DNA of 64,000 nucleotides from Escherichia coli (GTDB lineage: Bacteria; Pseudomonadota; Gammaproteobacteria; Enterobacterales; Enterobacteriaceae), in NCBI RefSeq assembly GCF_048403405.1, contig NZ_CP183129.1; one strand, written 5' to 3'. Positions 42,694 to 52,711 of this stretch are shown here, piece by piece (position 1 is the first letter of the stretch; the number at the start of each line of letters is the position of its first letter). A program made the position numbers and the translations under genes. The notes under the pieces were generated by a model. That model had not been told where the DNA came from. It saw only the letters and a list, made by a program, of their open reading frames with translations, and did not search any database.

Positions 42694-44547
42694 ATGAGAC
42701 GATTTCTGACGACGCTGATGATACTCCTGGTCGTGCTGGTGGCCGGGTTATCTGCGTTAGTGTTGCTGGTGAATCCGAATGATTTCCGCGACTATATGGT
42801 CAAGCAAGTTGCTGCACGTAGCGGTTATCAATTGCAGCTCGACGGGCCACTGCGTTGGCACGTCTGGCCGCAGCTTAGTATCCTCTCCGGGCGAATGTCT
42901 CTCACCGCCCAGGGCGCGAGCCAGCCACTGGTTCGCGCCGACAACATGCGTCTGGACGTGGCGCTTTTACCACTACTGAGTCATCAACTGAGCGTTAAGC
43001 AGGTGATGCTAAAAGGGGCAGTGATCCAACTGACGCCGCAGACGGAAGCGGTGCGCAGTGAAGACGCTCCGGTTGCACCGCGCGACAATACCTTGCCGGA
43101 TCTGTCAGACGATCGCGGATGGTCGTTTGATATATCCAGTCTTAAGATGGCGGACAGCGTGCTGGTGTTCCAGCATGAAGATGACGAGCAGGTGACAATC
43201 CGCAATATCCGCCTGCAAATGGAACAAGATCCCCAACATCGTGGCTCATTTGAGTTCTCCGGGCGGGTTAATCGCGATCAGCGCGACCTCACGATATCCC
43301 TTAACGGTACGGTAGATGCTTCTGATTATCCGCATGATTTAACGGCGGCTATTGAACAAATTAACTGGCAGTTGCAGGGTGCAGATTTACCAAAACAAGG
43401 TATTCAGGGGCAGGGGAGTTTCCAGGCCCAGTGGCAGGAGTCACATAAACGCCTTTCATTTAACCAAATTAGTTTGACCGCCAATGACAGTACGCTGAGC
43501 GGGCAAGCACAGGTCACGCTGACAGAGAAACCGGAATGGCAGCTGAGACTGCAATTCCCGCAACTGAATCTTGACAACCTCATCCCGCTTAAAGAAACAG
43601 CGAACGGTGAAAACGGTGCCGCGCAGCAAGGGCAGAGCCAATCCACGTTGCCGCGCCCGGTCATTTCTTCGCGTATTGATGAACCGGCCTATCAGGGATT
43701 GCAAGGCTTTACGGCTGATATTTTGTTGCAGGCCAGTAACGTGCGCTGGCGCGGAATGAATTTTACAGATGTTTCCACGCAAATGACCAACAAGTCGGGT
43801 TTGCTGGAAATTACTCAACTGCAGGGCAAGCTTAACGGTGGACAGGTTTCGCTGCCGGGCACGCTGGACGCGACATCAATAAATCCGCGGATAAACTTCC
43901 AGCCACGGCTGGAAAACGTTGAGATTGGCACCATTCTGAAGGCGTTTAACTATCCGATTTCGTTGACTGGAAAGATGTCACTGGCTGGTGATTTCTCCGG
44001 TGCTGACATAGATGCCGACGCATTCCGCCACAACTGGCAAGGACAGGCACATGTCGAAATGACCGACACACGCATGGAAGGGATGAACTTCCAGCAGATG
44101 ATTCAGCAAGCGGTAGAACGTAATGGTGGTGATGTGAAGGCCGCTGAAAACTTCGATAACGTAACGCGTCTTGACCGCTTTACCACCGATTTGACGTTGA
44201 AGGATGGCGTCGTGACGTTAAACGACATGCAAGGTCAATCGCCAGTGCTGGCGCTGACAGGGGAAGGCATGTTGAATCTGGCAGATCAAACCTGCGACAC
44301 CCAGTTTGACATTCGTGTGATTGGTGGCTGGAACGGAGAAAGCAAACTGATTGATTTCCTCAAAGAAACGCCAGTACCGCTGCGGGTTTATGGCAACTGG
44401 CAGCAACTCAATTACAGCCTGCAAGTGGATCAGTTACTGCGCAAACATCTACAGGACGAAGCGAAACGTCGCCTGAATGACTGGGCCGAGCGGAATAAAG
44501 ATTCCCGCAATGGCAAAGATGTGAAGAAGTTGCTGGAGAAGATGTAA
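42694..44547 (+). CDS. asmA: Outer-membrane assembly protein AsmA, 617 aa
   Basis: ORF track; N-terminal TM anchor; matches AsmA as recalled. Confidence 0.85.
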   Translation: MRRFLTTLMILLVVLVAGLSALVLLVNPNDFRDYMVKQVAARSGYQLQLDGPLRWHVWPQLSILSGRMSLTAQGASQPLVRADNMRLDVALLPLLSHQLSVKQVMLKGAVIQLTPQTEAVRSEDAPVAPRDNTLPDLSDDRGWSFDISSLKMADSVLVFQHEDDEQVTIRNIRLQMEQDPQHRGSFEFSGRVNRDQRDLTISLNGTVDASDYPHDLTAAIEQINWQLQGADLPKQGIQGQGSFQAQWQESHKRLSFNQISLTANDSTLSGQAQVTLTEKPEWQLRLQFPQLNLDNLIPLKETANGENGAAQQGQSQSTLPRPVISSRIDEPAYQGLQGFTADILLQASNVRWRGMNFTDVSTQMTNKSGLLEITQLQGKLNGGQVSLPGTLDATSINPRINFQPRLENVEIGTILKAFNYPISLTGKMSLAGDFSGADIDADAFRHNWQGQAHVEMTDTRMEGMNFQQMIQQAVERNGGDVKAAENFDNVTRLDRFTTDLTLKDGVVTLNDMQGQSPVLALTGEGMLNLADQTCDTQFDIRVIGGWNGESKLIDFLKETPVPLRVYGNWQQLNYSLQVDQLLRKHLQDEAKRRLNDWAERNKDSRNGKDVKKLLEKM

Positions 44548-44558
44548 GACAAGTTATG

Positions 44559-44588
44559 CAGATGGCGGCGTCAATTTGTCGCCATCTG
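44559..44588. terminator. Stem-loop (cagatggcg-12 nt-cgccatctg) followed by tatttat; candidate terminator between convergent asmA and the antitoxin gene
   Basis: Perfect 9-bp inverted repeat read from sequence. Confidence 0.45.
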
Positions 44589-44599
44589 TATTTATAGCA

Positions 44600-44890
44600 C
44601 TAAGCAGCATGTGGATATTGAATTTCAATACGTTGAATATGCAATCCTGCATGAGCCATCATGGTGATCAATTTATCGATACTAAAGATCTGGATCTTAC
44701 CTCTGGCAAGTTCAGATATGCGAGGTTGAGTGACCCCTAAAGCAGACGCTGCCTGGGCCTGGCTAAACCCTTGTTGTTCAATCCAGTTATTAATGATCGT
44801 TACAAGTTCGGCACGGATCCGCATATTTTCCGCTTGTTCAGGGGTGTCACTCACCGCATCCCACACACTATCAAAGGTTTCAATTTTCAT
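44600..44890 (-). CDS. HTH (XRE/Cro-C1) antitoxin, HigA-like, 96 aa
   Basis: ORF 44600..44908; ATG at 44890 (MKIETFDS) preferred over the upstream TTG; HTH segment QAQAASALGVTQPRISELARGK; overlaps toxin stop by 11 nt. Confidence 0.75.
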   Translation of the reverse strand: MKIETFDSVWDAVSDTPEQAENMRIRAELVTIINNWIEQQGFSQAQAASALGVTQPRISELARGKIQIFSIDKLITMMAHAGLHIQRIEIQYPHAA

Positions 44891-45218
44891 TTTTCCGCTC
44901 CTGAACAAGTTCTTTATAGCGTCGTTTGGCTAAATCAACATCCGATTGACTGGTAGTCTGTGTTTTCTTTTGAAAACAATGCAATACGTAAACCGCTTCT
45001 TCAAATTTTGCGATATACATGACGCGATAGATCCCATCAGCATCGCGAGTACGAATCTCTCGCACACCAGGGCCGATAGTTGAAAAAGGTTTCCAGTCGT
45101 ATGGGTTTAACCCTTGTTGGATCCTGTCGAGTTGATAGCCAATTTCCTGTCGAGACGATTCTGGAAATGCGCGTAAATCGTCAAGACTGGTATCAAGAAA
45201 AGCCAGCTTTTTTCTCAT
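44880..45218 (-). CDS. RelE/ParE-superfamily toxin (HigB/Gp49-like), 112 aa
   Basis: ORF track; small basic protein upstream of and overlapping an HTH antitoxin (toxin-first order typical of HigBA); SD aaggatggag upstream. Confidence 0.7.
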   Translation of the reverse strand: MRKKLAFLDTSLDDLRAFPESSRQEIGYQLDRIQQGLNPYDWKPFSTIGPGVREIRTRDADGIYRVMYIAKFEEAVYVLHCFQKKTQTTSQSDVDLAKRRYKELVQERKNEN

Positions 45219-45255
45219 TACTCCATCCTTAGATTATACTAAATTTTGTATAAAT

Positions 45256-45284
45256 CAAATGCGCAGTTTGAACCTGCGCATTTG
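45256..45284. promoter_or_regulatory. Perfect 11-bp inverted repeat (caaatgcgcag-7 nt-ctgcgcatttg) beside the toxin promoter (-10 TATAAT at 45233..45238, minus strand); candidate autoregulatory operator and/or yegH terminator
   Basis: Read directly from sequence; lies between the yegH stop (45293) and the toxin start (45218). Confidence 0.5.
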
Positions 45285-45292
45285 ATGTTTTA

Positions 45293-46876
45293 TCACACTT
45301 CGTACTCCATCTCGCCATCCTTACGTAGCGGAATAATTTGCACCTTCTGCACGCGATGGCTTTCCACCTGCAACGTTTTAAGCAAATAATCCCCCACCTG
45401 AACTTCTTCGCCAGGTTTTGGAATACGCTGCAAATATTCCATCAATAGCCCGGCAATGGTGTGATATTCACGTTTTTCATCCAGCGGCAGCGGCACATAT
45501 TGCACCAGATCTTCCAGCGGCATATGACCATTCGCCGTCCAGGAACCGTCGGCATTCTTCTGAATATCATGGCGGGCGTCGATCTCTTCCACTTCATTCG
45601 GTAAGTTACCGGCAATGGTTTCTGTGACGTCACTTAATGTCACAATCCCTTCCACCGAGCCAAACTCATCCACTACAAAAGCAAAGTGTGTGCGGGCATT
45701 ACGGAACTGCTCCAGGGCAGGTAACAACGGCAAGGTTTCCGGGAACACCAGCGGCTGGCGAATCAACACCCGCAGGTTGAGCGGTTCGCCGCGCAGTGAC
45801 TGTTGTAGCAGGTCGATAACGTGAACAACACCGAGCAAATCTTCCGCGTCATCGCCATCAGTAACCACCAGTCGCGTGTGCTGATTTCGCTCCAGCAACT
45901 GGCGGATCTCGTCTTCCGGCGCGTTGAGATCGATATGCTCAATATCGTGGCGCGACGTCATAATGCTGCTGACGGTACGCTGGTTAAGATTAAGTACCCG
46001 CTCAATCATCCGCCGTTCCTGCGGATTAAAGATTTGCTGGTTACCATGATCCACCAGCATAGACGCGGTTTCGGCGTCCAGTTCCGCATCTTCTTTTTGC
46101 CCGCTAAGCAGGCGCATTACCGCTTCGGTAGTCCGCTGGCGCAGCGTCTGGTTAGCGGAAAGAAAACGTCGCCGGTTAAAGATAGCCAACTGATTGAGCG
46201 CCTCGATCATCACCGAGAAACCAATAGCAGCGTACAGGTAGCCTTTCGGAATGACGAAGCCGAAACCTTCTGCCACCAGGCTAAAGCCAATCATCAACAG
46301 GAAGCTTAAGCAGAGAATAACGATCGTCGGGTGACTGTTAACAAATTGCGTTAACGGCTTGCTGGCCATCAACATCAGGCTGATAGCGATAACGACGGCG
46401 GCCATCATGACCAGTAAATGGTCGACCATCCCGACGGCGGTAATCACCGAGTCGAGTGAGAAGATGGCGTCCAGTACCACAATTTGTGTCACCACCCCCC
46501 AGAACTTCGCACCTTTGCGTTGTGTGGGGTTATTGCTGTCTTTCCCCTCCAGCCGTTCGTTCAGCTCCATCGTGGCTTTGAACAGCAGGAAGAAACCACC
46601 AAACAGCATGATTAAATCGCGGGCGCTAAAGGTAAACGAGCGGAAGCTGAACAGCGGTTGAGTCAGGGTGACCAGCCAGGAGATTGACGCCAGCAGTAAC
46701 AGGCGCATTAACATCGCCAGCAGCAGCCCGGTAACCCGTGCGCGGTCGCGCTGCTTCGGCGGTAGTTTTTCGGCGAGGATGGCAATAAAGACCAGGTTAT
46801 CAATGCCGAGGACCAGTTCGATCACAATCAGCGTGATTAACCCGGCCCAGATAGACGGATCGGCAATCCATTCCAT
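45293..46876 (-). CDS. yegH: TerC-family integral membrane protein with CBS/CorC C-terminal domains, 527 aa
   Basis: ORF 45293..46942; start moved to MEWIADPS; matches YegH as recalled. Confidence 0.8.
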   Translation of the reverse strand: MEWIADPSIWAGLITLIVIELVLGIDNLVFIAILAEKLPPKQRDRARVTGLLLAMLMRLLLLASISWLVTLTQPLFSFRSFTFSARDLIMLFGGFFLLFKATMELNERLEGKDSNNPTQRKGAKFWGVVTQIVVLDAIFSLDSVITAVGMVDHLLVMMAAVVIAISLMLMASKPLTQFVNSHPTIVILCLSFLLMIGFSLVAEGFGFVIPKGYLYAAIGFSVMIEALNQLAIFNRRRFLSANQTLRQRTTEAVMRLLSGQKEDAELDAETASMLVDHGNQQIFNPQERRMIERVLNLNQRTVSSIMTSRHDIEHIDLNAPEDEIRQLLERNQHTRLVVTDGDDAEDLLGVVHVIDLLQQSLRGEPLNLRVLIRQPLVFPETLPLLPALEQFRNARTHFAFVVDEFGSVEGIVTLSDVTETIAGNLPNEVEEIDARHDIQKNADGSWTANGHMPLEDLVQYVPLPLDEKREYHTIAGLLMEYLQRIPKPGEEVQVGDYLLKTLQVESHRVQKVQIIPLRKDGEMEYEV

Positions 46877-47344
46877 AGTAAGTACAAAACCTATTCGTTG
46901 TATGACAAATGTCACAATTCGATCATGGATAAATCGGGGCAAAAATGCAATGTTGCAGCACTATTTATCTCATATTATTTGAGGGTAATAACCTCACATT
47001 ACCCCTGAATTAAAAGTGGTAATAATAAAACATTATTTAAGAAATATCGCATGTGGAGACACTATATTAAATATTGTCAACCTAAAGAAACTCCTAAAAA
47101 CCATATTGAATGACACTTAATATAATTCTTAAAAATAGCCAATTGCCGAATTGTTACCTTGCCTGCTATTCCGTTAGCTGTAACACTTCCTCCTGCATTA
47201 TTGGAGAGCCAATATTCAATTACCATAATGTCACCTTATATTCGGAAGTTAATTTCCGCAATAACCCTTTCTCATCAACGACTGTATGTTGAGAGGGTTT
47301 TAAAAATTAAGCTAAATCAGTGTATTGGTAGCTAAAAAGCCAGG

Positions 47345-47356
47345 GGCGGTAGCGTG
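47345..47356 (+). promoter_or_regulatory. ops element (GGCGGTAGCGTG) within a JUMPStart-like leader upstream of wza
   Basis: Exact ops 12-mer read from sequence about 180 bp upstream of the wza ATG; RfaH-dependent antitermination site in polysaccharide operons. Confidence 0.7.
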
Positions 47357-47534
47357 TCTGGATGCCTGAAAGACCAGTCTGAATTATTCTGTCAATAGCC
47401 TGCGGATGAAATCAATTTTTTTAGGACTGATGCCAGTTAAATTTTTATTCAATTAACTGCAAGGTAAATGTGCATGGCGACATTGCTATTAATAGTGCAC
47501 AGGATAATTACTCTGCCAAAGTGATAAATAAACA

Positions 47535-48674
47535 ATGATGAAATCCAAAATGAAATTGATGCCATTATTGGTGTCAGTAACCTTGATAAGCGGTTGCACA
47601 GTACTTCCGGGCAGCAATATGTCGACGATGGGGAAAGACGTCATCAAACAGCAGGACGCTGATTTCGATCTCGACAAAATGGTGAATGTTTATCCGCTGA
47701 CCCCGCGCCTGATTGATCAATTACGCCCACGCCCCAACGTAGCGCGCCCCAATATGACGCTGGAAAGCGAGATCGCGAATTACCAGTATCGCGTCGGGCC
47801 GGGGGACGTTCTTAATGTCACCGTCTGGGATCACCCGGAACTCACCACGCCAGCCGGTCAGTACCGCAGCTCCAGCGACACCGGCAACTGGGTACAGCCT
47901 GACGGCACCATGTTCTACCCGTATATCGGCAAGGTTCACGTCGTGGGGAAAACGCTCGCTGAAATCCGCAGTGATATTACCGGGCGCTTAGCGACGTACA
48001 TCGCTGACCCGCAGGTGGACGTTAATATCGCCGCCTTCCGCTCGCAAAAAGCCTATATCTCCGGTCAGGTGAATAAATCCGGTCAACAGGCGATTACCAA
48101 CGTGCCACTGACCATTCTCGATGCCATCAACGCCGCAGGTGGCCTGACCGACACCGCTGACTGGCGCAACGTGGTGCTAACACACAATGGTCGTGAAGAG
48201 CGCATTTCTTTGCAGGCGCTGATGCAAAACGGCGACCTCAATCAGAACCGACTGCTTTACCCCGGCGATATTCTTTACGTGCCACGTAATGATGATCTGA
48301 AAGTGTTTGTGATGGGTGAAGTGAAGAAACAGAGCACCCTGAAAATGGACTTTAGCGGTATGACCCTGACTGAAGCCCTGGGTAATGCTGAAGGCATCGA
48401 CATGACCACCTCCAACGCCAGCGGCATCTTTGTCATTCGTCCGCTGAAAGGCGAGGGCGGGCGTAATGGCAAGATTGCCAATATCTACCAGCTGGATATG
48501 TCCGATGCCACGTCGCTGGTGATGGCGACAGAATTCCGCCTGCAACCTTATGACGTGGTGTATGTCACCACCGCCCCGGTTTCCCGCTGGAACCGTCTGA
48601 TCAATCAGTTGCTGCCAACTATTAGCGGTGTCCGTTACATGACGGATACAGCCAGCGACATTCATAACTGGTAA
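47535..48674 (+). CDS. wza: Outer-membrane polysaccharide export lipoprotein Wza, 379 aa
   Basis: ORF track; lipobox LISGC; recognised Wza sequence. Confidence 0.9.
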   Translation: MMKSKMKLMPLLVSVTLISGCTVLPGSNMSTMGKDVIKQQDADFDLDKMVNVYPLTPRLIDQLRPRPNVARPNMTLESEIANYQYRVGPGDVLNVTVWDHPELTTPAGQYRSSSDTGNWVQPDGTMFYPYIGKVHVVGKTLAEIRSDITGRLATYIADPQVDVNIAAFRSQKAYISGQVNKSGQQAITNVPLTILDAINAAGGLTDTADWRNVVLTHNGREERISLQALMQNGDLNQNRLLYPGDILYVPRNDDLKVFVMGEVKKQSTLKMDFSGMTLTEALGNAEGIDMTTSNASGIFVIRPLKGEGGRNGKIANIYQLDMSDATSLVMATEFRLQPYDVVYVTTAPVSRWNRLINQLLPTISGVRYMTDTASDIHNW

Positions 48675-48679
48675 TCGTC

Positions 48680-49123
48680 ATGTTTAACAACATCTTAGTT
48701 GTCTGTGTCGGCAATATTTGCCGTTCTCCGACGGCGGAACGCTTACTGCAACGTTATCACCCGGAGCTAAAAGTGGAGTCCGCTGGACTCGGCGCGCTGG
48801 TCGGTAAGGGCGCTGATCCTACCGCTATCAGCGTCGCCGCAGAACATCAACTGTCTCTGGAAGGTCACTGTGCACGGCAAATCAGCCGCCGCCTGTGTCG
48901 CAACTACGACCTGATTTTGACCATGGAAAAGCGCCATATCGAACGCTTATGCGAGATGGCACCCGAGATGCGCGGCAAAGTGATGCTGTTTGGTCACTGG
49001 GATAACGAATGTGAAATCCCCGATCCGTATCGCAAAAGCCGGGATACGTTTGCAGCGGTGTACACATTACTTGAACGGTCTGCCCGCCAGTGGGCGCAGG
49101 CATTGAACGCAGAGCAGGTATAA
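48680..49123 (+). CDS. wzb: Low-molecular-weight protein-tyrosine phosphatase Wzb, 147 aa
   Basis: ORF track; CVGNICRS P-loop. Confidence 0.9.
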   Translation: MFNNILVVCVGNICRSPTAERLLQRYHPELKVESAGLGALVGKGADPTAISVAAEHQLSLEGHCARQISRRLCRNYDLILTMEKRHIERLCEMAPEMRGKVMLFGHWDNECEIPDPYRKSRDTFAAVYTLLERSARQWAQALNAEQV

Positions 49124-49125
49124 GA

Positions 49126-51288
49126 ATGACAGAAAAAGTAAAACAACATGCCGCTCCGGGAACGGGCAGTGATGAAATCGATATTGGTCGCCTGGTCGGC
49201 ACCGTCATTGAAGCGCGCTGGTGGGTAATTGGCATCACCGCCGTATTTGCCCTCTGTGCCGTGGTTTACACCTTCTTCGCCACGCCGATTTATAGTGCCG
49301 ACGCACTGGTACAAATCGAGCAAAACAGCGGCAATTCGTTAGTGCAGGACATTGGTTCGGCATTAGCCAACAAACCGCCAGCATCGGACGCCGAGATCCA
49401 GTTGATTCGTTCGCGTCTGGTGCTTGGTAAAACGGTGGACGATCTCGACCTCGATATTGCAGTGAGCAAAAACACGTTCCCGATTTTCGGTGCGGGCTGG
49501 GATCGCCTGATGGGACGCCAGAACGAGACGGTAAAAGTGACCATCTTTAACCGCCCGAAAGAGATGGCGGATCAGGTGTTTACGCTTAATGTGCTGGACG
49601 ATAAAAACTACACTCTGAGCAGCGATGGCGGCTTTAGCGCCCGTGGGCAAGCGGGCCAGATGCTGAAAAAAGAAGGCGTCACGCTGATGGTTGAAGCTAT
49701 TCACGCCCGCCCGGGCAGTGAGTTTACCGTCACCAAATACTCCACGCTGGGGATGATCAATCAACTGCAAAACAGCCTGACGGTAACGGAGAACGGCAAA
49801 GACGCAGGCGTACTGAGCCTGACTTATACCGGTGAAGATCGCGAACAGATCCGCGACATTCTTAACAGCATCGCCCGTAACTATCAGGAACAAAATATTG
49901 AGCGCAAATCGGCGGAAGCGTCGAAAAGCCTCGCTTTCCTCGCGCAACAGTTACCGGAAGTACGTAGCCGCCTTGATGTTGCCGAAAACAAACTGAATGC
50001 CTTCCGTCAGGATAAAGATTCTGTTGATCTGCCGCTGGAAGCGAAAGCGGTGCTCGATTCGATGGTGAACATCGACGCGCAGTTGAACGAACTGACCTTT
50101 AAAGAGGCGGAAATCTCCAAGCTGTACACCAAAGTTCACCCGGCGTACCGCACGCTGCTGGAGAAACGGCAGGCGCTGGAAGACGAAAAAGCCAAACTTA
50201 ATGGTCGCGTAACGGCGATGCCGAAAACCCAGCAGGAAATTGTCCGTCTGACCCGCGATGTCGAGTCTGGTCAGCAGGTCTATATGCAACTGCTGAATAA
50301 AGAGCAGGAGCTGAAAATCACCGAAGCCAGCACCGTCGGCGATGTGCGCATTGTTGACCCGGCAATCACCCAGCCTGGTGTGCTAAAACCGAAGAAAGGG
50401 CTGATTATCCTTGGGGCGATTATCCTCGGCCTGATGCTCTCTATCGTGGGTGTGCTGCTGCGCTCGTTGTTTAATCGCGGCATTGAAAGCCCGCAAGTGC
50501 TGGAAGAACACGGCATTAGCGTTTATGCCAGCATCCCGCTGTCGGAGTGGCAGAAAGCGCGCGATAGCGTCAAAACCATCAAAGGGATTAAACGCTATAA
50601 ACAGAGCCAGCTACTGGCGGTGGGGAATCCAACCGATCTGGCGATTGAAGCCATCCGTAGTCTGCGTACCAGTCTGCACTTTGCGATGATGCAGGCACAG
50701 AACAATGTGTTGATGATGACCGGGGTTAGCCCGTCAATCGGTAAAACCTTTGTCTGCGCCAACCTGGCGGCGGTGATTAGCCAGACCAATAAACGGGTGT
50801 TGTTGATCGACTGCGATATGCGCAAAGGCTACACCCACGAGCTGTTGGGCACTAATAACGTTAATGGCCTGTCGGAAATTCTGATTGGACAGGGCGATAT
50901 TACTACCGCTGCTAAACCGACCTCTATTGCCAAATTTGACCTGATCCCGCGCGGTCAGGTGCCGCCAAATCCTTCTGAACTGTTAATGAGCGAACGCTTT
51001 GCCGAACTGGTGAAGTGGGCGAGTAAAAACTACGACCTGGTGTTGATTGATACGCCGCCGATTCTGGCAGTGACCGATGCGGCAATTGTTGGTCGTCATG
51101 TCGGAACCACGTTGATGGTGGCGCGTTATGCGGTCAACACATTGAAAGAAGTGGAAACCAGTCTGAGCCGCTTTGAGCAAAACGGTATTCCGGTGAAAGG
51201 GGTGATTCTGAACTCCATCTTCCGCCGCGCCAGCGCGTATCAGGATTATGGCTATTACGAATACGAATATAAGTCGGATGCGAAATAA
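49126..51288 (+). CDS. wzc: Tyrosine autokinase / polysaccharide co-polymerase Wzc, 720 aa
   Basis: ORF 49090..51288; start moved to MTEKVKQH; Walker A GVSPSIGKT; C-terminal Tyr cluster YQDYGYYEYEYKSD. Confidence 0.9.
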   Translation: MTEKVKQHAAPGTGSDEIDIGRLVGTVIEARWWVIGITAVFALCAVVYTFFATPIYSADALVQIEQNSGNSLVQDIGSALANKPPASDAEIQLIRSRLVLGKTVDDLDLDIAVSKNTFPIFGAGWDRLMGRQNETVKVTIFNRPKEMADQVFTLNVLDDKNYTLSSDGGFSARGQAGQMLKKEGVTLMVEAIHARPGSEFTVTKYSTLGMINQLQNSLTVTENGKDAGVLSLTYTGEDREQIRDILNSIARNYQEQNIERKSAEASKSLAFLAQQLPEVRSRLDVAENKLNAFRQDKDSVDLPLEAKAVLDSMVNIDAQLNELTFKEAEISKLYTKVHPAYRTLLEKRQALEDEKAKLNGRVTAMPKTQQEIVRLTRDVESGQQVYMQLLNKEQELKITEASTVGDVRIVDPAITQPGVLKPKKGLIILGAIILGLMLSIVGVLLRSLFNRGIESPQVLEEHGISVYASIPLSEWQKARDSVKTIKGIKRYKQSQLLAVGNPTDLAIEAIRSLRTSLHFAMMQAQNNVLMMTGVSPSIGKTFVCANLAAVISQTNKRVLLIDCDMRKGYTHELLGTNNVNGLSEILIGQGDITTAAKPTSIAKFDLIPRGQVPPNPSELLMSERFAELVKWASKNYDLVLIDTPPILAVTDAAIVGRHVGTTLMVARYAVNTLKEVETSLSRFEQNGIPVKGVILNSIFRRASAYQDYGYYEYEYKSDAK

Positions 51289-51317
51289 CGACGCCTGCAT
51301 TCGCACCGCCCCGTAGG

Positions 51318-51350
51318 CCGGATAAGGCGTTCACGCCGCATCCGGCAAGC
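51318..51350. repeat. REP-like element between wzc and wcaA
   Basis: aggccggataaggcgttcacgccgcatccggca resembles the REP consensus. Confidence 0.5.
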
Positions 51351-51380
51351 AAACCAGCTCATAAGCCGGGAGAACAACCT

Positions 51381-52220
51381 ATGAAAGACAATCCGCTGAT
51401 TTCAATCTATATGCCGACCTGGAACCGTCAACAACTGGCGATTCGGGCGATAAAATCGGTCCTGCGCCAGGACTACAGTAACTGGGAGATGATCATCGTG
51501 GATGATTGCTCCACCTCCTGGGAACAACTACAACAGTACGTCACCTCCCTCAACGATCCGCGTATCACTTACATTCACAACGACATTAACAGCGGGGCGT
51601 GCGCGGTACGTAACCAGGCGATTATGCTGGCGCAAGGGGAATACATCACCGGGATCGATGATGATGATGAATGGACACCCAACCGCCTGAGCGTCTTCCT
51701 CGCCCATAAACAGCAACTGGTCACTCACGCCTTTTTGTACGCTAACGACTACGTTTGCCAGGGCGAAGTCTATTCCCAACCGGCAAGCTTGCCGCTGTAT
51801 CCCAAATCGCCGTATTCACGCCGCCTGTTCTACAAACGCAATATCATTGGCAATCAGGTCTTTACCTGGGCGTGGCGTTTCAAAGAGTGCTTGTTCGATA
51901 CCAAACTGAAAGCGGCACAGGATTACGACATCTTCCTGCGGATGGTGGTGGAGTACGGCGAACCGTGGAAAGTGGAAGAGGCGACGCAGATCCTGCATAT
52001 CAATCATGGTGAAATGCAGATCACCTCGTCACCGAAAAAATTCTCCGGATACTTCCACTTTTACCGCAAGCACAAAGACAAATTCGACCGCGCCAGCAAA
52101 AAATATCAGCTGTTTACCCTCTACCAGATCCGCAATAAACGCATGACCTGGCGCACTTTGCTGACGCTGCTGTCGGTGCGTAACGGCAAACGTCTGGCTG
52201 ATGGTATTCGGGGGCGCTAA
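51381..52220 (+). CDS. wcaA: Colanic acid glycosyltransferase (GT2), 279 aa
   Basis: ORF track; recognised WcaA sequence. Confidence 0.85.
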   Translation: MKDNPLISIYMPTWNRQQLAIRAIKSVLRQDYSNWEMIIVDDCSTSWEQLQQYVTSLNDPRITYIHNDINSGACAVRNQAIMLAQGEYITGIDDDDEWTPNRLSVFLAHKQQLVTHAFLYANDYVCQGEVYSQPASLPLYPKSPYSRRLFYKRNIIGNQVFTWAWRFKECLFDTKLKAAQDYDIFLRMVVEYGEPWKVEEATQILHINHGEMQITSSPKKFSGYFHFYRKHKDKFDRASKKYQLFTLYQIRNKRMTWRTLLTLLSVRNGKRLADGIRGR

Positions 52221-52222
52221 AG

Positions 52223-52711
52223 ATGCTGGAAGATCTGCGCGCCAACAGCTGGAGTTTACGTCCGTGCTGCATGGTTCTTGCCTATCGCGTCGCTCATTTT
52301 TGTTCGGTGTGGCGCAAAAAGAACGTCCTCAACAATCTGTGGGCGGCCCCGCTGCTGGTGCTGTATCGCATTATCACCGAATGCTTTTTCGGTTATGAAA
52401 TCCAGGCCGCCGCGACCATAGGCCGACGCTTTACTATCCATCACGGTTACGCCGTGGTGATCAATAAAAACGTGGTCGCGGGGGATGATTTCACCATTCG
52501 TCACGGCGTCACTATCGGCAATCGTGGTGCCGATAACATGGCATGTCCACACATTGGCAACGGCGTCGAACTCGGTGCCAACGTCATTATTCTTGGTGAT
52601 ATCACGCTTGGTAACAACGTCACCGTGGGCGCGGGCAGCGTGGTGCTCGACTCTGTCCCGGACAACGCGCTGGTGGTGGGAGAAAAAGCGCGAGTGAAGG
52701 TAATTAAATGA
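52223..52711 (+). CDS. wcaB: Colanic acid acetyltransferase (hexapeptide repeat), 162 aa
   Basis: ORF track; left-handed beta-helix repeats. Confidence 0.85.
   Translation: MLEDLRANSWSLRPCCMVLAYRVAHFCSVWRKKNVLNNLWAAPLLVLYRIITECFFGYEIQAAATIGRRFTIHHGYAVVINKNVVAGDDFTIRHGVTIGNRGADNMACPHIGNGVELGANVIILGDITLGNNVTVGAGSVVLDSVPDNALVVGEKARVKVIK

Noticed and set aside
44891-44908. TTG start for the antitoxin (MFRSGK… in the track)
   Set aside because: The codon at 44906..44908 is TTG; an ATG six codons downstream (44890) gives a typical short overlap with the toxin stop and is preferred
49363-50289. Minus-strand ORFs (194 aa and 112 aa) antisense to wzc
   Set aside because: Shadow ORFs inside wzc; no independent signals
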